In this document: positions 52,193-64,000 of the stretch, piece after piece
How positions within the stretch are numbered: the stretch's first letter is position 1
Layout: each line of letters begins with the position of its first letter
Assembly: GCF_964204645.1 (NCBI RefSeq)
Contig: NC_134026.1
Coordinates: 22,044,150 to 22,108,149 of the forward strand
From: Tubulanus polymorphus
Taxonomy: Eukaryota > Animalia > Nemertea
Length of the DNA: 64,000 nt
Direction: 5' to 3'
Position numbers and translations under genes: made by a program
Notes under the pieces: model-generated
Seen by the model: the letters and a program-made list of their open reading frames with translations, nothing else
Databases searched by the model: none
What the model was told of the DNA's origin: nothing

Positions 52193-53593
52193 AAATATAT
52201 ACAGTTATTCACTTGTATTCTACACTTCTAAGAATTTTTCATCTTTGACTGAATTTATTGTGGGATTTCTCTCCTATGATAAATGACGCCTTAGACTGAA
52301 CTAGTCAGAAATCAGATATTTCAATCACGAGTGACAACAGTCTCTATGCCCCGATCACCTGTCTTTACCACTGACCTACTCTAGTCGGAAGTGCTCTCCG
52401 CTAGATCGTTGGCATTGTTCAAGAAATTTGCCCGAGAAGCGAGTATTTATTGATTGATTGATTGGCTCCCTAATTGATCGATCTAGTATCGATATACCAA
52501 TTGAGCGTCGTCAATAATCCGCATTCAAGATCGCTGGGCATCGTTAAATAGCCAGTTTCCGAATTTAGACAACGAACTAAAACCTTGAGGCGGCAACCAG
52601 ATAAACATTATCCATCGATCATTGTGTCTCCGTTGTGTGATGCCACCGAATCTAAGATCAATTCGATATTCCATATCAGAATCAACGATATTATATGTTA
52701 AACGGAACTGGGACCTACTGGTTTAAAGTATACACATGTGTAAGTCTAAAAAAATTGATACATTGTTTCTCATTTCTCTGAGCTTAAAAAGTTGACCCGG
52801 CCATCAGCCTCTATACCCTGTACATCACTTCTTTTTAGAAATCATGATCAAGCTTAACATAACAGACCCGGCAGCTTTAGAAATGAACTGATTACACATT
52901 TTATTGTACTTTCAATATGATACGGCCAATTAGGAGAAACAAGGTATTTAAGTATACTCAGTATTTAAGAATTGAACCGATACCATGATGGCATAAACAC
53001 CATATAACAAACTTAAAATATGGCATTTAAACGACGGCTAACATGAAATAACTCGGCGCTGAAAGTTGACCAAGGCATGTTGATCAATCACTGTGTAACA
53101 CTTAAAACATCAGTATTGTAACCGGAACCGGACGACGTGTGATGTGCTGCTAACCATTCATCGTAAGGGTGTGTCCGTCACTCTTTGGTTGTGAGTTGCT
53201 CCGATGACCTTTTCACGTAGATATTTATACCACAGCAATTTTGGGACATTTTGGGAATTTTCAAATCATCCATGGAAGTAATTGGCGTTTTAAAGATGCA
53301 ATTTCAATGGATTCTATCTTGGAGCCCGAGGAATTAAACTTATATATAGTTCTTACGGCCTTGACCGGTTCTCACCAAAGTCGCAGTCAACCATTCAGAT
53401 TTGCAAAATCCGGCAATTCAGACAAAATCCCGAAGATACGTTTTCGTAAATGTCAAGTGACCGTCGTTATCCTCTTATCTCGTAGTAATTCTCGATCATC
53501 GGCCGCAGATCTCATCGGTTACGATTCCCGAAAGTCCTGATTTAGATTTGTGCACGAGCTTATCACCGGTTACGCCGAACTGAATCCCTGCCC

Positions 53594-53601
53594 TGACGTC
53601 A
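53594..53601. promoter_or_regulatory. Full CRE palindrome
   Basis: TGACGTCA; motif match only. Confidence 0.35.
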
Positions 53602-54846
53602 TTACATTCAGATCGACATATACACGAGTCGAGAGAATAATATATGGTTGCAAGGCATATTAGGTGGTTAGGTGAGGTTATAGTCGTTCATGATTGGATA
53701 TCGAATATATTCATTGATTTTGAATAATTCCGCTAATATCATTGTTTCTGCTTTGGTATCCGCGGGCTTTCAAATCGGTCCATTGTCTGATGCACAGACT
53801 GTTATTGCCTGAAATTAGCATGTTCAGCAACAGTGCGCGTAGGCTATCGTTTCACTGTTTGAACGATTTCGTACTGACCACTGATGTTGGTAAATAGCTG
53901 TATGTAGTGGTGTTCTATAAAGTCCGGGTATCATGGCTGTGAGTATGTGTGTATATTTAACTCATTTCCGAAACAGCGTTTATTAAGCGTTCCGATAAAC
54001 ACTTCTAGCAAATACGAGTAAATATCCAAAATTCACGCCCGTTGGAAAGATATTCATGTGGATGAATTCAAAATGGAAAATTGGTATCAGCGTCTGGTAG
54101 ACCAAATTGGCTGGGGCCGATCTAGAAAATTTGACAATGCAGCTCTCTGGGTACCAGAAAATTTTGAAAAATCGATACTTTTAGATAGTATTTCCTGCAT
54201 TTAGAATCATTTTCGAAAAGTGAATACTGACATTATTCAGTATATTTTATACACCACGAAATTATAATTCTAAATCAAATGTCGAATAAATCATTTTTGA
54301 ATATTTTCATGGGCACCTAAGATAGGAGACCTCTGCATATAGTAAAAACTAAGAATTATTGCTTTTTTCCCTTTTCCCCGAAAGACTGTTAAAGATATTC
54401 TAAATATATCTAAAAAATATACACCATTAGGCTATATATAAACATTTTCCGATCCCAGAATATTTGATTGAATTACATGTATTAGCCTACAGGTGATATT
54501 TTCCCACAAAACATGCCTTGCCATTCGCAGCATATGTCAAGTTTATGGCATGAATTTGCGGATGTACGTGTGTATGTGTTCGTTCTGATGGATATCTATT
54601 TGCCTTGGTCAGTAGTTATGTATACATTGAACTCGTCTGCATGATAATTTTATTGTTTTCGAAATACTGATGTAAATACGGCGATTGTTAATTGCCGATC
54701 GCGTGATATTGCTGGTCAAACTGTTGCAATTAACTACCTTTGTTCCTATGACCCTTGGCGTTGTGGTTGCGTTACTTTCCGTGAGATGTAACGACCAAGC
54801 TCGTCTCGTCTGTTCTGCTACTTGCACAAATTTTCCTTGTGTTCCC

Positions 54847-54860
54847 GTCACTATGGTAAC
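54847..54860. promoter_or_regulatory. RFX X-box
   Basis: GTCACTATGGTAAC. Confidence 0.45.
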
Positions 54861-56354
54861 AGCAGTCAGGGTAAAATAGCTAAGTGTCTTCTATCTCTTG
54901 CTTGTATGATGTCTTGACACAAGACATACGCAAACGTACGTCTGTGTGTATGTACGTATAAGTATCACTCAAAGTCGAAGTGAATATCATATATTTCCAA
55001 TTTGAATACCAGTTTAAGATGATTTGGTGGATATTTTGCTTATTCGCTGCAAAATGGATCTCACTCATATACATTGGTCCGATACATGTTGTGATATATA
55101 CTTCGAAAATTACGAGGTTACTGGGCTCCGTCCGATTTCATCCTTATGAATTATGTTGTTGTACCTGTACATATCAAATATGAAAAAACGCATTATATTC
55201 ACCTTAACGTATTTATGATGAAAATGTATGAACCCACGGTTCGTATTAAACGATTCGTTGAATTTTACAGAAGGTATTTTTCGTTTTTTTAAAGATCCGT
55301 TTTAGTGATATAGGATGTGATGCTGTGATTTAGCGCTATTTCCTTTGAAAACGCGGATTAAGTGAACGAATTTTGAGGTCGAAACGTTTATCTACTTAAA
55401 TTCGTATACATTTCCATATAAATCGATACGAATGATTTGCAGTTTTACTGGAACACTTTGACAGAACTATTATCTCGTCATTACGAGCTTCTGGCTAAAT
55501 ATGGTTCGACAGAAAGTTGTGCCGAATTAAAAGCTGTTCAGTCGAAGCTTCCGTACTGAGCCCTCTGGTGAAACCGCGAAGGCATCTATAACACCAATTC
55601 GCCGGTATTCGTTGATGTCACGTGATCATTCATATGATAGTCCGTATATCACTCTTATGTCGCATTGTTGCAACTTCATGAAATGTATTTTACATCTCTG
55701 GAATTAGACAATCACAAGGTTAGAATGTTGCTTAAAATGTCAGAATCCATATCAAGGACTGGTGAAATACGATAAAACACACACATCGCAAATAATGTGT
55801 TTATGAAAGAGAAAAGACGACCTAACAATGCAGGATAAATGTTCCCTGACAAAATGGAGGGTAGCAACTGTAAAATGGTTTATTCCATTCATTTTAACAT
55901 TTTCTGACTGATATTTCAACCGATATGACAACCTTTAGAACGAATTAGGAGTTCGCTTCCAAGTTGACATATGTCCAAAGGCACTCCTATCACCGTACGC
56001 CCTCGTCATCGATATGAATATCATTTTGCAAAAAAGTCGTCGTCTGTCTCGTAGGTGCATGTCATAATCGTGCCCACATCTACAATCAGTATTCATAAAA
56101 GATCCATCCTATAAACATGATAGTTTGGATGTTTTGAGATCTTATTTCATTTTCCTCTACTCAAATACTCGAAGCCAAGTAACTGAATGCGTTCGTGTCG
56201 AATTGAATTACCTCATACCAGGCTCGCGTCTTTCAAGGTTACAAATTGTCAAAAAACAAAAACAATCTAATATCGAGGGAACATCTTTATTAACTGGGAA
56301 AAATAAATTTTGAAATCCTCTGAATATTGCAGTTTGTTGTTTGATAGTTGTATG

Positions 56355-56455
56355 GGTGTGTGTGTGCGCGCCCGGGAAGCCGGGATTCGAGCCAACTCTA
56401 GCTAACCTAACTGAAGAAACCGAAGACCCTAGCCGTTCGGCCAAACGCTGAACTG
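56355..56455 (-). repeat. tRNA-derived SINE-like head
   Basis: Minus strand has A-box-like TTGGCCGAACGG and B-box-like GGCTCGAATCCC spaced as in Leu/Ser tRNAs, but no cloverleaf; related copy at 22010-22170. Confidence 0.5.
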
Positions 56456-57196
56456 ATTTACGATCAAGCATAACGACCTAATCTGACTAGCTACTCGTGA
56501 CGCCATACCGAACCGTGGCAAGTGTAGAGATGAATATTGTAAATACTACGTATTTTCGACACGGTTAAAATGTTTTTTCAAATAATTGTATATATGATCT
56601 GCATTCACCTGTTGTTGAGCGAATTTTTGCTGATAAGGACTTCGCCCGGCGCATTTTGTGTGCACAATTTTTCGCCCGTGTACTGCCGCGAAACAGTGTG
56701 AAATAATTCGTTTTTTTTTTTAAAGTTTTTATTTCTCGCTTAATTCACGTTAATCGGAGGCTTTTTATCCTCTCCGTTGCGAATAGAACGAAGCATCCCA
56801 TTTCTTCATATGATCCGCACGGGCATGGCTTTTTGCGAATCCATTAATCGGCTTGGCTTTGTGACGTGCGTGTCCATCGAACTGGAACAGACTGGCATTG
56901 GATTATGTATAATTCATCATAACTGACTTGGCGTAGACGATCCCTCCTAGCAGGACCTGATACTTCACAGAGCTAATCTTCGTAATTCCGCATTTTTATT
57001 CGAAAATTCGATTTAGCCAACTTGTTAGTCATTCATTTTCGTAACATCGTTCAGAATCTTTAAAAAAATGGAATATACATTTCGCAAATATATATTAGAA
57101 TCTCATTTTAAACATTCAGCTCTGTGTAGACACTCTTTTCTCTTGTCGGTCCAATTAGCTACGACAACTTACGGGAGATTCTCATTATTTTTTCAG

Positions 57197-57411
57197 ATGA
57201 GTGGCAATGCATCGCCACGGGGCTCGACAACAACTTCGGTGGCTGTAGAAAATGACAATCGAGCCGCAAAGAACAATCGGCGCACAAGTAATCTCAGCCA
57301 ACAAGACCAGTTGAACAACGACAGTCCGCCCCCTTCGCCGGTCGGATCGGGCGCTGATAGAAATAATAAAGCTTGTTGCTTTTGCTGGTGTTGTTGCTGC
57401 AGCTGTTCGTG
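57197..57411 (+). CDS. RGS17/19/20: RGS coding exon 1 (N-terminus and cysteine string)
   Basis: ttttttcag|ATG ... TCG TG|gtaagt. Confidence 0.92.
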
Positions 57412-60400
57412 GTAAGTACGCGCACTGGCTACGAATGAATATATAAATAAATAAATATCGAAGTAGATGATTGGAAACGTACAGAACTTTTCCTGTTACA
57501 TCTTTCCCTCACTTTTGAAAATTAACGTTTAATAATGCTAAAAGTTAGTTCTAAGTTCCTTCGATGCGTAGTGTTCAATCGGGGAACAGAAATTAACGAC
57601 AAGTGTACTGCTATTTCAATTGTGATTGTTAGGAAGGGGGTGTGATGATGTGCATTTACTGTTATTTATTTCGTAAAAGTTTGTTTTTACAACCGCGAAA
57701 GTGCGCTTCAGTGTAAAAGATTGCCCAGCGCCATATTGCATGCAAACGCCCAAGTCCGTTCAACGAAAACGAACGTATAATTCATAGTTCATTTGTTATT
57801 TCACGAATCATGAATATGAAATATATTGAAAAAGGTTGATTTTGCCTGATCAGGGTTGGGGGATTTTTAGAAATCGGAATAAAAATTGAACGTAACAGCA
57901 CACTTTCAGCGTTTCGGAAACAAAGTAAAAAAGGCGTGTGTGTGCGAACGAATGAGAGTGATTGTGTTGTTATTTCGAATATCGAGGTTTTCATGTATAT
58001 CTCCGTCTTAAATCATTACAGAGAAAAAAACACCCTGAAATCTTCATTCAATCTAATGTAGAAACGTTGTATATAACTGGGAGACAGTTCAAAATTCGCA
58101 CGAACAAAAGGAATCAATTTATTATTACGGCGTATATATGAACCAAGTGCATTGTACATGTTACAACTATCACAAAAAGGGAAACACGCATCTGAACCCC
58201 AACCCAGATCGAGTAAAATCGACAACCTTGAATGCTAAATAGAAACTCGCCTTCCATTTCAGCGAAAGTCACTACTGACAATTATATTCACTTGTTCGTA
58301 TATTATATAGATTAGAGCACTCGTTTTAGATTAGAAAATTATATATAGGATATCTCTGTATTTCTTCTCACTGTTAGTACCGAACACGGATGATCATTTC
58401 ATCTTTCACTCTCCCTGCTCTCTTTTCTCTTTCTCTAAAAATGATATATTATTCTCATTATTTTCGATAATCCAATTCCGTGCGCGCAACTATTGTTCGT
58501 GTTTGCTCGCTATAACGGCGAAATATGGTTATTCGAAGCATAGCGCAATAAGTTAGATCGGCATATATTGGAAAATGCTAGCGTTACAGGCGATGCGGAG
58601 CAGCCCGTTGCGGCAGATTCACAACGCATAATGGGGCTCCGGCAGCGGACCTCGAGTAGGTCGACACTTCGCTTAGAGATTATGCCTTTGAACGTCCGCG
58701 CAACCGCATCGATTATCGAACGCGTTTCGTCTTACACAAAAAAGCAGCCGAATGTGTCACGGGGGAAGGGAAAGCGAACGAAATTGTTATCGTGTTACCG
58801 TCTTAAGCAAACGCTTAAGGAAAACTAAATAGCCACGTGACGATCTGAAGGAAAAATAGAGAAATATAGAACCGATACTTTCTATCTTCCGCGTGCCCGA
58901 GATCGGCGTGAAGAAAACTCACGAAAAGGCTAAGTTCATTCAGTGTTTAGTTTAGACGAGACGGAATTAGTTTTCTTTACGGGGATTTCTTTTTTCGAAG
59001 CTTAAAAATTAACCATCGCTGACCAATAACTCGTTCATATCTAAAGACGAAGGTATATTTGCATTTAACGGATATTTAAGTCCTCACAATTCTATATCGA
59101 TTTGAAAATTTAAGAAGCATGTTTCCCTTTGATAGGTTGTCGTGTCCAATGACGCAATACCAGAGTGCCAACCAAACGGACAATACAAACAAGTGAGGCA
59201 TTTTTATAGAGGCATAAATAGCTAATTTTTTTTAGAGAAAAAAAAAACGTCCGTACATGTTTTTCTTTTGTTCGTCTGCCTTGCCGGAGATATTTCAATA
59301 TTTGATCATTTGAACGTCATTTACTTGATGACAATAATTTCAACTGTTATGAATTACCAAAGATTCAAAATTGTCTATCTTTATCGAGTCGAACACACAA
59401 GAAATGTACGGATGGATTTTTAAGTGCGTATTAGTAGTTAACAAATGTATCTAACCGTTTTGCAGTCGCGAAAAAAACCGTGGCCATATATATTATTGTA
59501 TCTTATTGGTGACGTCCAAAGTGATTTATCTCGGCGAGATAATCAGGCCGAATTCAGGGTATTCGTATTTTGTGACGATAGATATATCAGCACAGGCAGT
59601 AAGCCTGGTGTCAGTTGCTCAAAAGTTGGTTAGAGATGAAAGAGTGGATAAATGAGATCGTGACAATTGAATTTAATACCATCATATTTTTCCACTGGTT
59701 AACTCTAACGAACTTTTGAGCAACCGGCCGAACTGAACTATAGTAAAAAAAAACCCATTAGAAATCCGAATCGATCTGACGTTCTAACTGATGATTATAA
59801 AAAGGGATGCGTTCGTCTCCGCAATACACGTAGACGACTATGCCGAGACTCCTCGTCGGAGGTTCTCCAGACAAGTTTTCACGTTGTTTGCTTAGCTGAT
59901 GATAAACTACTTTGGACGTGGTTTTGTTTCGTTTATATCACTGTATATTCATAATTGCGTGAATCGGAGAATGTTGACCATTTGGTATTTCTGTATATGT
60001 GTGTGTGTCGTTTTGTTTTGTTTTTCAAATCTGTAACAAACGGCTTGAACGAATGCGTTCCGTATATGTAGAGAATAACCAGAGGATGTTTCTCAGTTTT
60101 GTTAGCCTATTGATTTTCATCATTATTTTTTTCGGGGATCTCTAGTGGTCATCTGGTAGTCACGTTTGGTTTTGTCGAATGTGTTTAGTTGTTTCAAAAG
60201 ATGAAATAATGTCATATTTAAAAAAAGAATGGATCACATTAACGCGATCTCGAACGGTTTCTTTTACAGTCTTACTTTAAAAAACAGAGAACCAAATAAA
60301 AACCAAAATAAGGAGGCTACAAAATTAGAAAAGCTACAAGAAAGTAATGAACCGTAAGTAATTTGAATATCAAAATTTTGCCTATTTTATCTATCTAACT

Positions 60401-62611
60401 ATGAGAAGATAACTATAACAGTAGATAACTATATAAGTGATTTCAAGGATAAGATCTATAGGAGGTGAATGACTCCTCCCTATAGACAGAGCCAGCCTGA
60501 ACGGAGTATTTATCGGTGGGAATCGCAAGTAATTCGTTCTTATTGATTTCAATTAGCCTTAAGCGTACATGGCTTCATGAAATATTCAATCTTTATTTAA
60601 TGAAGTCTTTGATGTTGCCATAATACAAGAGACAAGATGATATCCATGTTTAGATCGTGTAAGTCAGCGTATACGTATTCGTATGTACATGTGAATCGGC
60701 GTTATCGAACGCCTCAACGTAGTAATCAAACGGCCAAAAGCGAAGTCTCCATCTAAGATTCAGACTGAGGTTTGCAATTCATTTATTATTCGTTTATCAA
60801 CCTAGAATATGAGTCGCTGTTGAATCAGTGATCTGATGTACGCGCACACAGACTCACTGTTCGGTTGTCGCCATCACAACTAGCAAAACCTCGTCGAAGT
60901 GACAGTACCAAATAAATAATGTTCGCGCAATCGATTTCTGTCCCCATATTGAATCATCGTTTGTCTCCGTTGGCTCTTCATCACATTTTGAACTAAATCA
61001 GGATTTATTCCTATAGTGCCAATGGGTACATGGCACAGGTATACAAACGCATAAACAGTCTCGTGACGTTTTGATGGCCTGACTAGATCAGCCTATATTT
61101 TTGTCATCTATGACAGTCTCATAGATATATTATATGACATGTTTGTACTTTCCTCGAATAAGATGAATTTCCCCGAAGGTTATTCCGACAGTCGAATCCT
61201 AGGACGTCCGGCATGGAAACCCAATACCCAAAATACCCAATACCTGAAATACCCAATTCGATGTTTTTCGGAATATCGTGTAAAATCCATTTTGCTCTCA
61301 GGAATTGGCGGCAAGAGAATCCTAATTTTTGCAAGTTCTAACATCTTATGATAGTTAATGATAATTAACATATTTTTCAGCCCTACAGCAGAAGAAATCA
61401 TATTATGGTCACAATCTTTTGACAAATTAATGGGTAATTTGTGTAAGTATGATGAAGGCAATCATTTCGTTGGGCATGGGTAATGGATTATTATGAACTT
61501 GATCACGATCAACTGGTTCTTTTCTTTTCGATTATCAAAAGTGAACTGCGCGTGCTTAAGCGTACACCATATTCTCTTCGTATCACAATTAAACGGTATT
61601 ACTTTCGAGTATCGGCTAACTGGAAGGAGTGGCATTAACCACACATGTAAAAATCGTGCTTCTGGTGACTGGGTTAACAACTAGTAACCCGTGTTCATCA
61701 GATTCCAGCGCATACCGCTGATATCAACAGAATCAAAAGTACCAGTTTCCATAGCAACCGAAACACAGGTATTATTAGGCCTGAAAATATAAGCGATCCG
61801 CGAAGCATCCTCCGTCACCAATACCCTTCAACACAGTGCCGTCTTCTCACTAAGCCGCAAGATGTTCTCTCCCATATTTTTCAAACGAATCCTCTTCGTA
61901 ACACAAAGTCGCCGTCATTGTAAATGTGAAGACGGAACATTCCTTTTGGGCTGGAGATTTTGTTTGATATTTTGAATCCACGGGTGGTTTTGTCGTTGTA
62001 GGTGGCAGGCGGACGTTTAGGGAATTCCTTCGGTCGGAATACAGCGAGGAGAACATGCTGTTTTGGATGGCTTGCGAAGACCTGAAAAACGAAAATAACG
62101 CCGAACTGGTGGAAGAAAAAGCGAGATTAATATATGAAGATTATATATCAATATTATCTCCCAAAGAGGTAATAGAAAAGTTCCTTGAAAACACAGATTT
62201 TAACAAAACATTTGGCCAAGCCATGCAAAAATTCGAAAACATCGTGAAATACTCATTTGCGAGGCTTAGTTCATCTTTATTCGATATAAAAACGAGGATT
62301 AAGCAGAATTAGAAACAGATTTTGAAATGAAAATACGATTGATTGTTTTTTTTCAGGTTAGTCTAGATTCGAGAGTAAGGGAAGTAATCAACCGGAACAT
62401 GGTGGACCCGACGCCGCATACGTTCGACGAGGCACAATTACAAATATACACGCTCATGCATAGAGATTCCTATCCTAGGTTTTTAAATTCCCAAATTTAC
62501 AAAAGACTTGTTCAGCAGACACAAACTACTGGGAGTCAATCTTCCCAATTACTTCTTCTACAACAACAACAACAACAAAAACAACAGTGTTCACAATCTA
62601 CATCATCTTGA
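57197..62611 (+). CDS. RGS17/19/20: RZ-family regulator of G-protein signalling, 260 aa; join(57197..57411,60270..60353,61381..61442,62002..62168,62357..62611)
   Basis: Cysteine string CCFCWCCCCSCSC and RGS box WSQSFDKLM..GRRTFREFLRSEYSEENMLFWMACEDLK..ARLIYEDYISILSPKEVSLDSRVRE..FDEAQLQIYTLMHRDSYPRFLNS. All introns are GT-AG and phases 2,2,1,0 join into 783 nt without a stop. Confidence 0.95.
59605..59731. mobile_element. Short MITE, copy 2 (related to 20616-20727)
   Basis: gttgctcaaaagttggttagag / ctctaacgaacttttgagcaac. Confidence 0.75.
60270..60353 (+). CDS. RGS17/19/20: RGS coding exon 2 (LTLKNREPNK...ESNEP)
   Basis: cttttacag| ... CC|gtaagt; 84 nt, phase 2/2; gives CSCSCLT as recalled for RGS17. 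Confidence 0.85.
61381..61442 (+). CDS. RGS17/19/20: RGS coding exon 3 (PTAEEIILWSQSFDKLMGNL)
   Basis: tttttcag| ... T|gtaagt; first helices of the RGS box. Confidence 0.92.
61745..61758. promoter_or_regulatory. RFX X-box
   Basis: GTTTCCATAGCAAC. Confidence 0.5.
62002..62168 (+). CDS. RGS17/19/20: RGS coding exon 4 (GRRTFREFL...ILSPKE)
   Basis: gttgtag| ... GAG|gtaata; core of the RGS box. Confidence 0.96.
62357..62611 (+). CDS. RGS17/19/20: RGS last coding exon (VSLDSRVRE...SQSTSS*)
   Basis: ttttttttcag|GTT; end of the RGS box and a Q/S-rich tail containing a (CAA)n run at 62561-62587; AATAAA at 62909-62914. Confidence 0.96.
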   Translation, partial: VSLDSRVREVINRNMVDPTPHTFDEAQLQIYTLMHRDSYPRFLNSQIYKRLVQQTQTTGSQSSQLLLLQQQQQQKQQCSQSTSS

Positions 62612-64000
62612 AGGATGTTATTCCGTTATGATAGTTAAAAGATTATTCCCAGAGGAGTGTCGCCGATGCACGATACACAACAGTCGAATGTGTGGTGAAT
62701 TGTTTTATTCAGCTGATAGTTCCATTTTTCTAAATCGTTGGAAAAAGGAGCCCGATCGTTATATCTCATCTACGCACTAGCAGATGTTTACGCCGAAAAA
62801 AACAACAAGCGCCATGTCAATTCGCGTGGAAAATGGCTTGCAGGAAATGACGCCTCGAGCGCGTCATGAAAGTCCGTTTGTTGGATACATTCTAAAAATG
62901 GGACCAGCAATAAAAATGGCAACTGAAAACACGTTTGGCAATGCGTTCACTGCCAAAACTAGCACGTAGTTCTCTTCGTAGTCGAATGTGATGTCCAATA
63001 CTATAATTTTCTCATCTAAGAGCATAAACACGGGTAAAATACTCTTCGTCGCTAGAAACCTAGAGGTTTCGGTGCAGGATTATTAACACAACAATTGTTC
63101 AATGTCATACGTACACTGAACAGCTCTTTGATACAGATGGACGATAACTCATTAAGGTAATAGTAGGGGAATAATATCATATCATTCTTCCATATCACTG
63201 CCTGTCGTGATCTCTGTATCTGAAACTTCCATGATATGTGTATATACGCTAATGTTGATATTGGTCGGTCAGTGAACAGGATCACAAGGCATCGCTGTAA
63301 ATTAATCATACGTCATAACCATCATCCCGTGAGTGTTTACGGATCATATTGTTGCCTAGAATTTTACCTTATCTTGTACGTACAGCCGCGTCAACCAACG
63401 GCTGTCACCTAGGTCGTACGGTTCGTCTGTTCATTGAAAGATTTTCTCTGTATTTACTAGTACTATTTGAAGAAAAGTGTGTGTCGTTCATATATGAGAC
63501 CTAGGTTGGATTATTTTTCATTGAAAACAAGTTTCCATGTTGTCGCGTGATGCTTGTGTAGTGATGCGTTTGCAGATTACCGTGCACTATGCAAATGAGT
63601 GATTGCTTTAGCATGTGCATTTAAACCGTAACATTTTTCGTAAACCAGCTCAGCTTGTGCGCACTGATGATTTTGTGTTACTCTTCGCCGAAGCTATTCA
63701 CAAGAAAAAAAAGAAAACCGATTCTGGTATTATTTAGTCCGTTGCGGTGTATGTATAATATCTTACAGCTTCGAGAAACAACAGCTCCAGAAGATTCGTC
63801 CAAATAGACGGATTTTTTCCAAGATTCTCATGACTATCACACAATATGCTGATAATCTCATGTTATGTTTAATGATTCGTTGCAAACTATTCTAAAACTC
63901 GAGAAAGATCTGAAACCATTTTGCAGTAAGAAAAACGTGTTGTGGTGAATCTTTTTCGCGCTGATTGGATCGATAATATACGGTGACAAATCCCAATGAG

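Noticed and set aside
56355-56455. tRNA gene
   Set aside because: A/B-box-like motifs only; acceptor and anticodon stems do not form.
57068-57196. N-terminal extension MEYTFRKY... of the RGS ORF
   Set aside because: Reads through a polypyrimidine tract and acceptor, so probably intronic; likewise the tail of ORF 62055-62312 after 62168 and the head of ORF 62327.
58568-58828. GC-rich ORF in the RGS intron as a cassette exon
   Set aside because: No convincing acceptor tract or donor; more likely regulatory sequence.
60270-60288. Alternative downstream acceptor (aaacag|) in RGS exon 2
   Set aside because: Joining TG to A creates a TGA stop.

Overview
AT-rich, non-CpG-depleted, intron-rich animal DNA, probably an invertebrate; the species cannot be fixed from sequence alone. 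(1) An intact, very young 6,007-bp BEL/Pao LTR retrotransposon at 13219-19225: 242-bp LTRs differing at one base, GAAGG target-site duplication, tRNA-His primer-binding site, single 1774-aa Gag-Pol ORF. (2) A five-coding-exon RZ-family regulator of G-protein signalling (RGS17/19/20-like, cysteine string plus RGS box) on the + strand at 57197-62611, with a probable non-coding first exon near 34.5-34.7 kb. (3) The 5' part of a divergent minus-strand gene that runs off the left edge. Its exon at 468-691 carries RPTxL and PRIEIT motifs resembling the N-terminal exon of long PDE4 isoforms, and three candidate alternative first exons could splice to it. The non-coding DNA holds five perfect CRE palindromes, four strict RFX X-boxes, several MITE/SINE-like repeats, a degenerate Penelope-type hammerhead and (TA)n arrays with mirrored flanks. 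All homology calls rest on recalled motifs, not database searches.
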